From: Thermodesulfobacteriota bacterium
Lineage (GTDB): Bacteria; Desulfobacterota; Dissulfuribacteria; Dissulfuribacterales; UBA3076
NCBI GenBank assembly: GCA_034658555.1
Contig: JAYEFH010000195.1
Span: 3,345-35,128 of the forward strand
Direction: 5' to 3'
Length of the DNA: 31,784 nucleotides
Shown: positions 9,012 to 17,601 of the stretch, one piece after another
Position numbering within the stretch: the first letter of the stretch is position 1
How the letters are laid out: each line of letters opens with the position of its first letter
Translations under genes and position numbers: made by a program
Notes under the pieces: generated by a model
Seen by the model: the letters and a program-made list of their open reading frames with translations, nothing else
Databases searched by the model: none
Told to the model about the DNA's origin: nothing

Positions 9012-9862
9012 TTATTATCTACCAGGTTGAGCAATTCCTTTGCCTCATCGAGGTCTTTCAACAGCAGGACAATACTTTCCTCAAAGTCCCTCTGGCGAAG
9101 CCCGAATTTATTGATAACCTCTTCCAGGCCTCTGTAGGCCAGGCCGTCCGCTCCGCCGCCGATTCCCATCATCATGCATGCCTGGTCTGCAAGATAGATA
9201 AGCCAGGGGATGCTATCGTCACCTTTTTCCATCAAATCTGGTCGATGGTGATAGGTAATGGCATCTTTTATCCCTTTGGGAAAGTTCCAGAGAGACGCTA
9301 TTTTTCCGCCAAGTTCCGCATGATCAATACCGATTACCTCGTTTTCCGCCTCAAGAAAAGAGTATCCATGATTCGAGACAAGGTCCATGATTTCCTGAAA
9401 TGACTCGTGAACAAATTCTCCCAGAACAACCTTCCCGATATCATGGAGCAGGCCTGCTGTGAAAAGCTCAGAATTTTCACGATTATAGATCTTTTTGTCC
9501 AGGATTTGGGACATCAGGGCCACCCCAACAGAATGTTCCCACAGTTTTGTCGCCTCCCAGTAGTACCCCTTGACCTTCTTATAGTATCTTGAGGTCCCTG
9601 CCGCATAGACTACATGGAGGATGTTTTGCCGTCCCAGATAGACAACTGCCTCACGCAGGGAATTTACCTTGTACCGAATACCGAAATATGGTGAATTGCA
9701 CATCCTGAGGATATTTGCCGTTATTGACTGATCGTATTTAATGACATTGACCAGATCAGGCACTGAAAAATCGGGATCGTTGATCACCTTTGAAACCCTA
9801 TGGACCGTTGTCGGAAATGCAGGGAGATTATTAATAGATTTCAGGATTTTGTCGCTGATCAT
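9008..9862 (-). CDS. HDOD domain protein
   Basis: LPAFP, DQSITANILRMCNSPYFG, WEHSVGVA, AGLLHDIGK, IGIDHAELG, ITYHH. Confidence 0.92.
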   Translation of the reverse strand: MISDKILKSINNLPAFPTTVHRVSKVINDPDFSVPDLVNVIKYDQSITANILRMCNSPYFGIRYKVNSLREAVVYLGRQNILHVVYAAGTSRYYKKVKGYYWEATKLWEHSVGVALMSQILDKKIYNRENSELFTAGLLHDIGKVVLGEFVHESFQEIMDLVSNHGYSFLEAENEVIGIDHAELGGKIASLWNFPKGIKDAITYHHRPDLMEKGDDSIPWLIYLADQACMMMGIGGGADGLAYRGLEEVINKFGLRQRDFEESIVLLLKDLDEAKELLNLVDNK

Positions 9863-9877
9863 AATAACCCCTGGTAG

Positions 9878-10360
9878 CTACAATTCCTCAAATACATTAG
9901 CAGCATTCTTAACAAGGACCTTGCCGGTAGAGATATGCAGTTGGACGGTCCGATTGTGATTTTTGCCGGTGTCTTCGCCATCTATGATGACATTATTTTT
10001 CCAGAACATCTTCCTTAAAGCGGTTATATTCTTTTGACCGATCCGAAAGTAGTTCATATTGTCCATGATATTGGCCCCTCCGGCAATTTTTACGATCATC
10101 CGCTTTTTTTTAGCCCCCAGCTTGTAACAGGATTTAAACAGGAGAGGTATTCCCGTATCGGCAAACATCGCCGGATTGTTTTTGGCCTTGTTACTGTCAA
10201 TCGATGAATCAGGAAGCATGTAGTGTAAAAGTCCTCCAACCTTTACGCTGGGATCATAAACGGCGACACCAATACATGAACCAAGGGCGTAAGTAATCAG
10301 TACATCCCCTATATTCCCGCCTACCTTCATATCTGAGATTCCAACTATGATCTGTTTCAT
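9878..10360 (-). CDS. cheD: Chemoreceptor glutamine deamidase CheD
   Basis: IVGISDMKV, TYALGSCIGVAVYD, GGLLHYMLP, KIAGGA. Alternative start at 10375. Confidence 0.92.
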   Translation of the reverse strand: MKQIIVGISDMKVGGNIGDVLITYALGSCIGVAVYDPSVKVGGLLHYMLPDSSIDSNKAKNNPAMFADTGIPLLFKSCYKLGAKKKRMIVKIAGGANIMDNMNYFRIGQKNITALRKMFWKNNVIIDGEDTGKNHNRTVQLHISTGKVLVKNAANVFEEL

Positions 10361-10442
10361 AGAATTATTGGGCATCCTTCATTTATCAGTTTACACTTTT
10401 CCCGAAAAAGCGTGTATTATCTAATTGAATGCCGACCACACC

Positions 10443-11255
10443 TCATTTGCGATAGACAGTGGGCTCATCATATTTGAATCTGTGGGCTAATCCGGTCAAA
10501 CTCTCAGAATGACCTATAAATAAATAACCGCCTTGTTTTAGATAGTCGCAAAACCTGTTAACCAAACCGTTTTGAGTCTTCTTATCAAAATATATCATTA
10601 CGTTTCTGCAGAATATGACATCAAAAGTATTGTTAAAAACCGGTTTGTCCATGAGATTGAATCTTTTAAACTCTATAATATCCTTCAAACTCTTTTTTAC
10701 CCTATAATGTCCTTCCCAACGTTCCTGGCCAAGCTGGAAATATTTTCTAAGCAAAGGGCGCGGGACATCTTTGAGCCGGTCTTCCGAATACACACCGGCA
10801 ACAGCCGTTTGTAGTGTTCCTGTGGAAATATCCGTAGCAAGTATCTTCAGGTCCACACTGTGTCCACTGATTGCCTCACTCAACATAATTGCAAGAGAAT
10901 ACGGCTCTTCACCTGTTGAACAACCCGCGCTCCATACCCTCAGCTTTGGTCTTCGTTGCGTGCCCAACAATTCAGGCAGGATCTCTTCGAGTTTAAGGAA
11001 GTGTTTTGCCTCCCTGAAAAAACTGGTGAGATTAGTGGAGAGGGAATTGATCATTAAAATCAGCTCATCAGATCCCTCTTTCGTCCTTACAAATCTCAGA
11101 TATTCGTCAAATGATTTGAATCCTCCTTTTCTCAGATTTTTGCCCAGACGGGCACTTACAAGTGCTTTCTTTCCCTCATGCAGATTGATGCCGCACAGTT
11201 CATAGACCAGGCGACTGATATTTTTAAAATCCTTATTTGTTAATTCATCAGTCAT
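10443..11255 (-). CDS. cheR: Chemotaxis methyltransferase CheR (in-frame upstream GTG at 11339 and TTG at 11345 possible)
   Basis: STNLTSFFREAKHF, VWSAGCSTGEEPYSLA, ILATDIS, IFCRNVMIYFD, GYLFIGHSESL. Confidence 0.95.
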   Translation of the reverse strand: MTDELTNKDFKNISRLVYELCGINLHEGKKALVSARLGKNLRKGGFKSFDEYLRFVRTKEGSDELILMINSLSTNLTSFFREAKHFLKLEEILPELLGTQRRPKLRVWSAGCSTGEEPYSLAIMLSEAISGHSVDLKILATDISTGTLQTAVAGVYSEDRLKDVPRPLLRKYFQLGQERWEGHYRVKKSLKDIIEFKRFNLMDKPVFNNTFDVIFCRNVMIYFDKKTQNGLVNRFCDYLKQGGYLFIGHSESLTGLAHRFKYDEPTVYRK

Positions 11256-11262
11256 TATTTTA

Positions 11263-11354
11263 GGTAGAGGGTAGAAGGTAGAAGGTAGAAGGTAGAAGGT
11301 AGAAGGTAGAAGGTAGAAGGTAGAAGGATATCCTTCCACTTTCAACCTTCAGCC
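11263..11354. repeat. Tandem heptamer array GGTAGAG + (GGTAGAA)x8 + GG, palindromic centre, short inverted arm
   Basis: Units counted directly over 11263-11327. GAAGGATATCCTTC palindrome at 11323-11336. Complementary units ccttcca-ctttcaa-ccttcag-cct follow. Confidence 0.95.
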
Positions 11355-11361
11355 TAATAAC

Positions 11362-13356
11362 TTAAAAATCTTTAAAATCATCATCCATAGGGATTACCTC
11401 GTCAGGTTTGACTTCCCTTGTTTTGGGGACTACAAGTGCCTTGGATTTTGTTGCAGATGGCGTGATGACCTTTCGGATGGCACCGACTGCCGAGCCGGCT
11501 CTTTTGCCCGTACTCCCTGCTCCATATTGCCTGTTGCTTACTCCACCCCCGCTGCCACCGACCAGCACCATCAGATCACCAACCATTTTTTTCATCTGCT
11601 CGGCCTGGGCGCTCAACTCCTCTGATGCAGAGGCGGTCTCTTCGGCATTGGCAGCGTTTTGCTGCGTTACTTTGTCCATTTCAGTCACGGCATTGTTGAC
11701 CTGACCGATACCCTGGGCCTGTTCATTAGAAGCCGCGGCAATTTCACCAACTAGCTCCCCTACCTTTGAAGAGCTGTCAGCCACTGTGCCGAAGACCTCA
11801 CTCGCCCTGCCCACGAGCCCTGAGCCGTTCTTGACCTTGGTGACAGTATCCTCAATCAGCACAGCGGTATTTTTGGCCGCCTCAGCAGACCGCATTGCAA
11901 GATTTCTGACCTCCTCGGCCACCACGGCAAAACCAGCCCCGTGCTCACCGGCCCTGGCCGCCTCAACCGCCGCATTAAGTGCGAGCAGATTGGTCTGGAA
12001 TGCGATCTCGTCAATAGTCTTGATTATCTTGGAAGTCTCTTCGCTGGCATGTGATATCTCTCCCATGGAAGTGGTGAGTTTGGACATGGATTCATTGGCG
12101 CTGACAACGGCCTGCCCTGCCTCTTTCATCAGGCTGTCCGCCTGCTGGGCATTGTCCGCGTTCTGTTTGGTCATGGAGGACATCTCCTCAAGGGAGGAAG
12201 ATGTTTCCTCAATAGCTGAGGCCTGCTCGGCCGCGCCTTCTGCAAGAGACTGGCTGGCGGATGAGACCTCACCGGACGCACAGGCCACCTGGTCAGCCCC
12301 CTCGCCCATCATATTCGCAATGTTGGACAATGAATTTACCAGACCACGGGCGATAAAGAAGGCAAGGGCAATGCCCAGGACAAATGCCATAAGGCCCACA
12401 ATTGTGACGATGGTCTTTAGCCTGCCGGCGTGGCCGAGCAGGGCTTCCTGCGTAACCATGTTCTTTTCTACGGTCTCAGAAACCTGGTGTACTATCTCCT
12501 GGCATTTTTCCAGGTTCTTTTCCGTAACTGTGACAAATATGTGTGCTGCCTCATTCTGGCCCTTTTCAAATTCTCTCACGAGGTCGCGTGCTTCTTTTAA
12601 AATGCCGCATACTATCTGGAGATTGGGTACAATCTCTTCATTTACTATGGCCATTGCCCCGTCATAATCATTGGCTGCAAGCTTGGCGTTCACGAGCTTG
12701 CCTCCCTCGTGTATAAGCCGGTGCGGTTCCTTTATCCTCTCAATGAACGGCGCAAATTCGGGAAACTCTCTTGCCAGGGCATCGGCCTCGCCGCCATAGA
12801 GCCACTTGCCAAGACCGCACTGTCTGTGATCAAGCTCTACAGACACTGCATCCTTCTTAGCAAGGATCTCATTTATCACAGTCATCATCCAGATACGGTG
12901 GGCCCTTTCCACCCGATAGAATATTGTCATTTCTTCCGCAACATTGAGCTTGTTCATGTTTTTGGCAATGTCAGCCGCAGATTCGTGAACCAGCCTGTGC
13001 GGCTCCTCCAAAGACTTGAACAGGGGAGCAAGGACCGGGATCTCAGACTCGGCGTTTTTCCGCTCTTCCCCGTAAAGCCACTTTCCAAGCCCGCACTTAG
13101 TATGATCCAATTCAATCTTGAGCTCCTTGACATCCGGGTTGGTCATGTACTCTGAAAGATGAGCTAACCAGTTGAGATGGTCGATCTCCTTTTGCTTCAT
13201 TTCGCCTATAATCCCTTCACCCTGGATCATGTCGACTGCATCATTCACAATCCCGCCGACACCGGTGTAACTCGTTATGGCAATACCTGCCAAAAAGACC
13301 AGAATAATGCTGAACCCAAATGCAACCTGCTTTCCTACTGTCATATTTTTGAACAT
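11362..13356 (-). CDS. mcp: Methyl-accepting chemotaxis protein with two CZB domains between TM1 and TM2, no evident HAMP, C-terminal DFKDF
   Basis: TM1 about aa 10-33, TM2 about aa 316-336. Two H-x2-W / CxLGKWLY / H-x3-H sets. Signalling tip [34 protein letters not shown]. Confidence 0.95.
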   Translation of the reverse strand: MFKNMTVGKQVAFGFSIILVFLAGIAITSYTGVGGIVNDAVDMIQGEGIIGEMKQKEIDHLNWLAHLSEYMTNPDVKELKIELDHTKCGLGKWLYGEERKNAESEIPVLAPLFKSLEEPHRLVHESAADIAKNMNKLNVAEEMTIFYRVERAHRIWMMTVINEILAKKDAVSVELDHRQCGLGKWLYGGEADALAREFPEFAPFIERIKEPHRLIHEGGKLVNAKLAANDYDGAMAIVNEEIVPNLQIVCGILKEARDLVREFEKGQNEAAHIFVTVTEKNLEKCQEIVHQVSETVEKNMVTQEALLGHAGRLKTIVTIVGLMAFVLGIALAFFIARGLVNSLSNIANMMGEGADQVACASGEVSSASQSLAEGAAEQASAIEETSSSLEEMSSMTKQNADNAQQADSLMKEAGQAVVSANESMSKLTTSMGEISHASEETSKIIKTIDEIAFQTNLLALNAAVEAARAGEHGAGFAVVAEEVRNLAMRSAEAAKNTAVLIEDTVTKVKNGSGLVGRASEVFGTVADSSSKVGELVGEIAAASNEQAQGIGQVNNAVTEMDKVTQQNAANAEETASASEELSAQAEQMKKMVGDLMVLVGGSGGGVSNRQYGAGSTGKRAGSAVGAIRKVITPSATKSKALVVPKTREVKPDEVIPMDDDFKDF

Positions 13357-13382
13357 GATCGTTATTCCTTTTTTAAATTTAG

Positions 13383-13416
13383 AATTGTGTCTGAACGGAT
13401 TTTCCGTTCAAACAAT
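13383..13416. repeat. TGAACGG/CCGTTCA hairpin between cheW and mcp
   Basis: AATTGTGTCTGAACGGA-TTT-TCCGTTCAAACAAT, sharing AATTGTGTCTGAACGG with the copy at 7600-7615. Confidence 0.7.
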
Positions 13417-13418
13417 AG

Positions 13419-13934
13419 CTAAGCCGCCTTTTGCAGGACTACTATCTCTTCATCATTCAATACCCTGTCAATATCGAGTAGTATCTTTACACCGTCTTTG
13501 ACCTTGGCCATACCCATAATATACTCGGTGCTTAATATGCTCCCAAAGGTCGGGGTATTTTCTATTTCTTCGTCTTTGATATTCAAAACCTCAGAAACAG
13601 AATCCACCACTATACCCACCATGACCTTCTTGCCTGATATACCTGTAATATCAACCATGATTATACATGTACGATCACTGTATTCGAGCGGCTCTATAGT
13701 GAATTTCAAACGGAGATCAATCACTGGAATAACCTTCCCCCTGAGATTTATAACCCCTTTTACATAGTCCGGTGTCTGGGGCACAAAGGTTATGTTCATG
13801 ATACCTATAATCTCTTTTACCTTGAGGATCTCCAGGCCATACTCTTCGGCATCAAGCTCGAAGGTAAGATACTTCCCCTCCCTGCTTGCTGAAGACATTG
13901 TGCCTCCTGTCGTTTCTTTTGACTCAACCTGCAT
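13419..13934 (-). CDS. cheW: Chemotaxis coupling protein CheW
   Basis: KYLTFEL..EEYGLEILKVKEIIG, VPQTPDYVKGVINLRGKVIPVIDLR, VGIVVDSVSEV. AGGAGG RBS. Confidence 0.95.
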   Translation of the reverse strand: MQVESKETTGGTMSSASREGKYLTFELDAEEYGLEILKVKEIIGIMNITFVPQTPDYVKGVINLRGKVIPVIDLRLKFTIEPLEYSDRTCIIMVDITGISGKKVMVGIVVDSVSEVLNIKDEEIENTPTFGSILSTEYIMGMAKVKDGVKILLDIDRVLNDEEIVVLQKAA

Positions 13935-14083
13935 TGTCTATGCCCTCCTTACATTTATCATAACCGTTCACAGGGATACGCCGAATGATCACTGCAAGCG
14001 AAGTGAAGCAATTTTTCCCTTTTTCAAAGAAAAAATCGGATCAAATGCAACGAGTTCATCCGACGCAACTAATGTATTATTTA

Positions 14084-14112
14084 TGATCGACACGATGGGG
14101 GGGAAAACTTTA
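14084..14112 (-). promoter_or_regulatory. Possible sigma28-like promoter for the che operon (over-long spacer)
   Basis: Minus strand TAAAGTTT-T-C7-ATCGT-GTCGATCA. The spacer after TAAA is 17 nt versus the canonical 15. Confidence 0.3.
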
Positions 14113-14189
14113 ATTTAATAGATGAGTTTTTTGCAAAACTGAAGATTCTATTCGAGGGCAAGAAGCGAGGAAAGTAAAGGCCGATGGTT

Positions 14190-14216
14190 TAAGTGTTTTT
14201 ACGTTGTAGTCGATAG
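14190..14216 (+). promoter_or_regulatory. Putative sigma28 promoter for fliS
   Basis: TAAG-N15-GTCGATAG, about 70 nt upstream of the fliS ATG. Confidence 0.55.
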
Positions 14217-14286
14217 TTTATTAAGGATGAGAGTATCATGAATTTGAATTTAAAAACTTTCAAGCAGAGAAATCAGAGGAATACTG

Positions 14287-14679
14287 ATGGCAAATATTAA
14301 CAGTGCATTGAGTCAATATAATCAGGTAGCTGGACAGGTCGGACTTGATGACGTCGATTCCCACCGGCTGGTTCAGTTACTGTTTGAAGGATCACTGAAC
14401 AGAATCGCTGAAGCCAAGGGACATATGCTCCGTGGCGAAATTGCCGAAAAGGGAACACGAATCAGCAAGGCGATATCAATCGTAGAAAGCCTCAGAACCA
14501 GTCTGGATAAAGGGGCCGGAGGCGAAATTGCTGAACACCTTGACAATCTTTACGAATATATATGCAAACGGCTTCTGGAGGCCAACATGACAAACAATCC
14601 GCAATTGCTTGATGAGGCAGCCGAGTTGCTCGGAGAGGTGAAAAGCGCCTGGGGTACTATTCCCGAAGAATTGAGGTAA
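14287..14679 (+). CDS. fliS: Flagellin export chaperone FliS
   Basis: SHRLVQLLFEG, ISKAISIVESLRTSLD..GGEIAEHLDNLYEY, RLLEAN, EVKSAW. GAGGA RBS. Confidence 0.95.
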   Translation: MANINSALSQYNQVAGQVGLDDVDSHRLVQLLFEGSLNRIAEAKGHMLRGEIAEKGTRISKAISIVESLRTSLDKGAGGEIAEHLDNLYEYICKRLLEANMTNNPQLLDEAAELLGEVKSAWGTIPEELR

Positions 14680-14806
14680 GCGTTAACAGGGTACCGTATC
14701 TGCTTTGTTGCCTGCCTGCCGGCAGGCAGGTCGGGCACTTGAAGTACAGGGAGTACGTTCTGCGTACCCGTACGCCTCGCATCTGCAACACCCTGTAAAC
14801 GCTTAC
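14676..14806. mobile_element. 131-bp MITE-like element with 17-bp terminal inverted repeats and an internal 20-bp palindrome
   Basis: GTAAGCGTTAACAGGGT versus ACCCTGTAAACGCTTAC (16/17 complementary). CCTGCCTGCCGGCAGGCAGG at 14711-14730. The left end supplies the fliS TAA. Confidence 0.75.
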
Positions 14807-14857
14807 AGTTCGGTGAGTTGCGGTAAAACGGGCGTTGTAATCCCGTGAACGGTTACG
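14790..14857 (+). repeat. Interspersed ~68-bp repeat, copy 2
   Basis: 64/68 identical to 3080-3147, same orientation. Overlaps the right end of the 14676-14806 element. Confidence 0.9.
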
Positions 14858-14884
14858 AAATTGGAAATTTGGCTTTCAAACACC

Positions 14885-15337
14885 TTACCACTGCGATGAT
14901 TTTCTCGTCGTACTCATTGCCTGGGCAATATCATCGCATTCTTTTTGTTCTTTCTTGTTCTGTTTGTATAACTCCTGGATGTGAAAACGCTTGATGACCT
15001 TATTGAGAACCTCCAGGCGTGTTTTGCTGGCAAGCCATAGATTCCTTTTACATTCCACATGCCGCCTGCTGTTTTCAAGCTGTTTTCCCTGTAAACAGAT
15101 AGTCTGGTTGAGGACCGCCAGAAAATTCTGGAATCCCAGGAGCTGGGATACCGCAATTCCGTTGGCTCCCTGCTCCTTGAGAAGGTTCGAATATTCCCCC
15201 TGGAAATCTTGTAGCTGCAGAAGACGGGCCTGGTGTTCCGCCATTTGGCGTTGAGAACCGCCTAATACAAGGGCTGCATCATTTTCCCGACTCTCGGCAA
15301 TTTTTGCTATACATTTTATTCTATTCGAACGGGTCAT
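14885..15337 (-). CDS. fliJ: Flagellar export protein FliJ
   Basis: About 150-aa coiled coil directly after fliI, with QLQDFQGEY, FQNFLAVLNQTI and EQKECDD. Alternative GTG at 15352. Confidence 0.88.
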   Translation of the reverse strand: MTRSNRIKCIAKIAESRENDAALVLGGSQRQMAEHQARLLQLQDFQGEYSNLLKEQGANGIAVSQLLGFQNFLAVLNQTICLQGKQLENSRRHVECKRNLWLASKTRLEVLNKVIKRFHIQELYKQNKKEQKECDDIAQAMSTTRKSSQW

Positions 15338-15372
15338 TACAGTACCTGTCACAGACTATTCACACAAACCAT

Positions 15373-16740
15373 CTAGGAAGGAGAGCTTTTCACGGTTTCA
15401 GTCAAACCCTGGATGCTTTCTTCCATCGACACCGGTTCGTGCATGTCCTGTTTGAGAAAATTCAGCAATTTGGGGTGAAATTCTATAGCTTCATCAACTT
15501 TGGGATCAGAACCCTTGTGATATGCTCCAACCGTTATGAGATCCTGGTTCTGCCGATAAACTGTATAAAGTTCTTTAAAACGCTGGGCCATTCGCCTATG
15601 TTCCGGATTCGCGATGTCGACCATCACTCGACTTACGGATGCCTCTATATCTATTGCCGGATAATGCCCTGTGTCTGCCAACTCCCGGGACAAGACAACG
15701 TGACCGTCAAGGATTGCCCTGGCGGCATCCACTATCGGATCGTTCTGGTCATCGCCTTCGGCCAAAACTGTATAAAAGGCCGTAATTGAACCATCGCCTT
15801 TGTCACTTTTCCCTGCACGCTCCACAAGGTGAGGCAATTTGGCAAAAACTGAAGGAGGATATCCTCTGGTGACAGGCGGTTCTCCTATGGCAAGACCGAT
15901 TTCGCGCTGGGCCTGGGCAAAACGGGTGAGCGAATCCATGAGCAGTAGGACCTGCAGGCCCTTGTCCCGGAAATACTCGGCTATGGAAGTGGCCATAAGT
16001 GCGCCGTGCAGCCGCATGAGAGGCGGATTATCTCCAGGTGCCGCCACCACGACGGCCCTAGACAGGCCCTCTTCACCCAGGTTGTTCCGGATGAATTCCG
16101 CAACCTCTCGGCTACGTTCGCCGACCAGGCCTACTACAATGACATCGGCCTTGGTATATTTGGTCATCATTCCCAGCAGCACGCTCTTGCCGACTCCACT
16201 GCCCGCAAACAGCCCCATTCGCTGACCACGCCCAATATTCAGCAGGGCATTTATGGCACGTACACCCACATCAAGGGGTTCACGAATAGGGGCGCGGGCC
16301 AGAGGATTCAATGTGCGACCGGTAAGTGGCATTTGAGCATCAAATTGAACAGGTCCCTTTCCATCAAGAGGACGGCCTGCGGCATCCACCACGCGTCCCA
16401 GCAGAGCGTCTCCCACCGGAGCTGAGCAGACCTGCCCGGTGGGAATTACCCTGGCATCGGGAGCCATTCCCTGAATATTGTCCGTCGGCATCAGAAAAAG
16501 TTTTTCTTCGGAGAACCCGACCACCTCCACTTCGATGCAGTGGTCGTCAGATGCAGACACCAAACAACGTTCACCTATAACCGCCCGGCACCCGACAGCC
16601 TCCAGGGTAAGACCCACCATCCGCGTAAGCGTACCCTCCACAACCAGTGAAGACGACGTCAAACGTTCTGAAAATTCAGAAAGGCGTCGACTCCAGATGC
16701 GGGTTCTGGGAAACTGAGGGATGACTGCCTGGGTTAACAT
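15373..16740 (-). CDS. fliI: Flagellar export ATPase FliI
   Basis: GQRMGLFAGSGVGKS (Walker A), LLLMDSLTRFAQAQREIGL (Walker B), GEPPVTRGYPPS, DGHVVLSRELA. Confidence 0.96.
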   Translation of the reverse strand: MLTQAVIPQFPRTRIWSRRLSEFSERLTSSSLVVEGTLTRMVGLTLEAVGCRAVIGERCLVSASDDHCIEVEVVGFSEEKLFLMPTDNIQGMAPDARVIPTGQVCSAPVGDALLGRVVDAAGRPLDGKGPVQFDAQMPLTGRTLNPLARAPIREPLDVGVRAINALLNIGRGQRMGLFAGSGVGKSVLLGMMTKYTKADVIVVGLVGERSREVAEFIRNNLGEEGLSRAVVVAAPGDNPPLMRLHGALMATSIAEYFRDKGLQVLLLMDSLTRFAQAQREIGLAIGEPPVTRGYPPSVFAKLPHLVERAGKSDKGDGSITAFYTVLAEGDDQNDPIVDAARAILDGHVVLSRELADTGHYPAIDIEASVSRVMVDIANPEHRRMAQRFKELYTVYRQNQDLITVGAYHKGSDPKVDEAIEFHPKLLNFLKQDMHEPVSMEESIQGLTETVKSSPS

Positions 16741-16824
16741 GGCTTGTCCTGATTACCGATGAGATGATGATAATTCCATCAGCTATTGTCGTGTCAACGA
16801 TACTCTGTCATTTCGAAGGAGTCT

Positions 16825-17601
16825 TCACGACGGAGAAATCCTGGACTTCTTCCTGCGGTCGAAATGACATTTCTCGTCTGACATGACACTAGTCATTTCA
16901 GTATCTTTAAAAAGTGAGGCCACCATCTTGTTGATACGTTTTTCCACACTTGCATCTATATGAGAGACATCGGTTACAACTTTACAATCACCCCTGTTCA
17001 TTTCGGTTGATTCGACAATCTCAACTTTTTGTTTATCGACGAAAAAACCTGGAGAATTGCTTACCATATCTGCATCATCAGGATGCAAATATAAGTGGAT
17101 GTGGCGGGAAGAGGACGGCAATGCCTCCAAAGCCTTCTGTACCACCTTCAGTATCAGGTCGGGATCCGTTCTTATTTCCCTGTAAATAACCTGTCTTGCA
17201 ATGGCCAGACTCAGAGTAACAAGCTCCTGGGCCATCTGTTGGTCGAGTACCTCAAAGGGCTTGTTAAGGGCTGCCATGAGTCGTTCCAGGCGTTTGGTCT
17301 GTTTCTGGATTTCAACCTGTCCTTCGGCTATGCCTGCCTTTTTGCCCTCCACGAGGCTATCGTGATATCCTTGGGCAAATCCTTCCTCATAGGCCTGTTT
17401 CGACAATTTATCATTGGACTCCTCATCTGAAATCCATTGACTACCTTGCCATTCTGTACCAGGATGCCCGTTTTTATCGATTAGCTGTGCGTCCCAGCGA
17501 TGAAAATCCGCCAGATTTTCACGGGGAATTATTCTCGCAACCCCGGATGACTCGCGACCGTTCTTGAGGGACCTAGATATATTCATCTTCACTACCGCCA
17601 C
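16825..17601 (-). CDS. fliH: Flagellar assembly protein FliH
   Basis: AYEEGFAQGY..GKKAG GxxxG repeats, IARQVIYREI, LHPDD, RGDC. Lies between fliG and fliI. Likely start 17586. Confidence 0.88.
   Translation of the reverse strand: MAVVKMNISRSLKNGRESSGVARIIPRENLADFHRWDAQLIDKNGHPGTEWQGSQWISDEESNDKLSKQAYEEGFAQGYHDSLVEGKKAGIAEGQVEIQKQTKRLERLMAALNKPFEVLDQQMAQELVTLSLAIARQVIYREIRTDPDLILKVVQKALEALPSSSRHIHLYLHPDDADMVSNSPGFFVDKQKVEIVESTEMNRGDCKVVTDVSHIDASVEKRINKMVASLFKDTEMTSVMSDEKCHFDRRKKSRISPS

Noticed and set aside
10771-11205. 144-aa + strand ORF
   Set aside because: Antisense to cheR with no independent signal.
11263-11327. CRISPR array or real low-complexity protein domain
   Set aside because: The units are contiguous 7-mers with no spacers and there are no cas genes. 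The PSTFYLL peptide is only the array's translation.
11786-12667. 293-aa + strand ORF
   Set aside because: Antisense shadow of the MCP signalling domain, a common artefact of its codon pattern.
13792-14118. 108-aa + strand ORF
   Set aside because: Antisense to cheW and then runs through repeats and promoter DNA.
14158-14187. Second sigma28 candidate with GCCGATGG -10
   Set aside because: No acceptable -35 at 15-nt spacing. The 14190-14216 site fits better.
15304-16717. Several + strand ORFs of 80-160 aa
   Set aside because: Antisense shadows of fliI.
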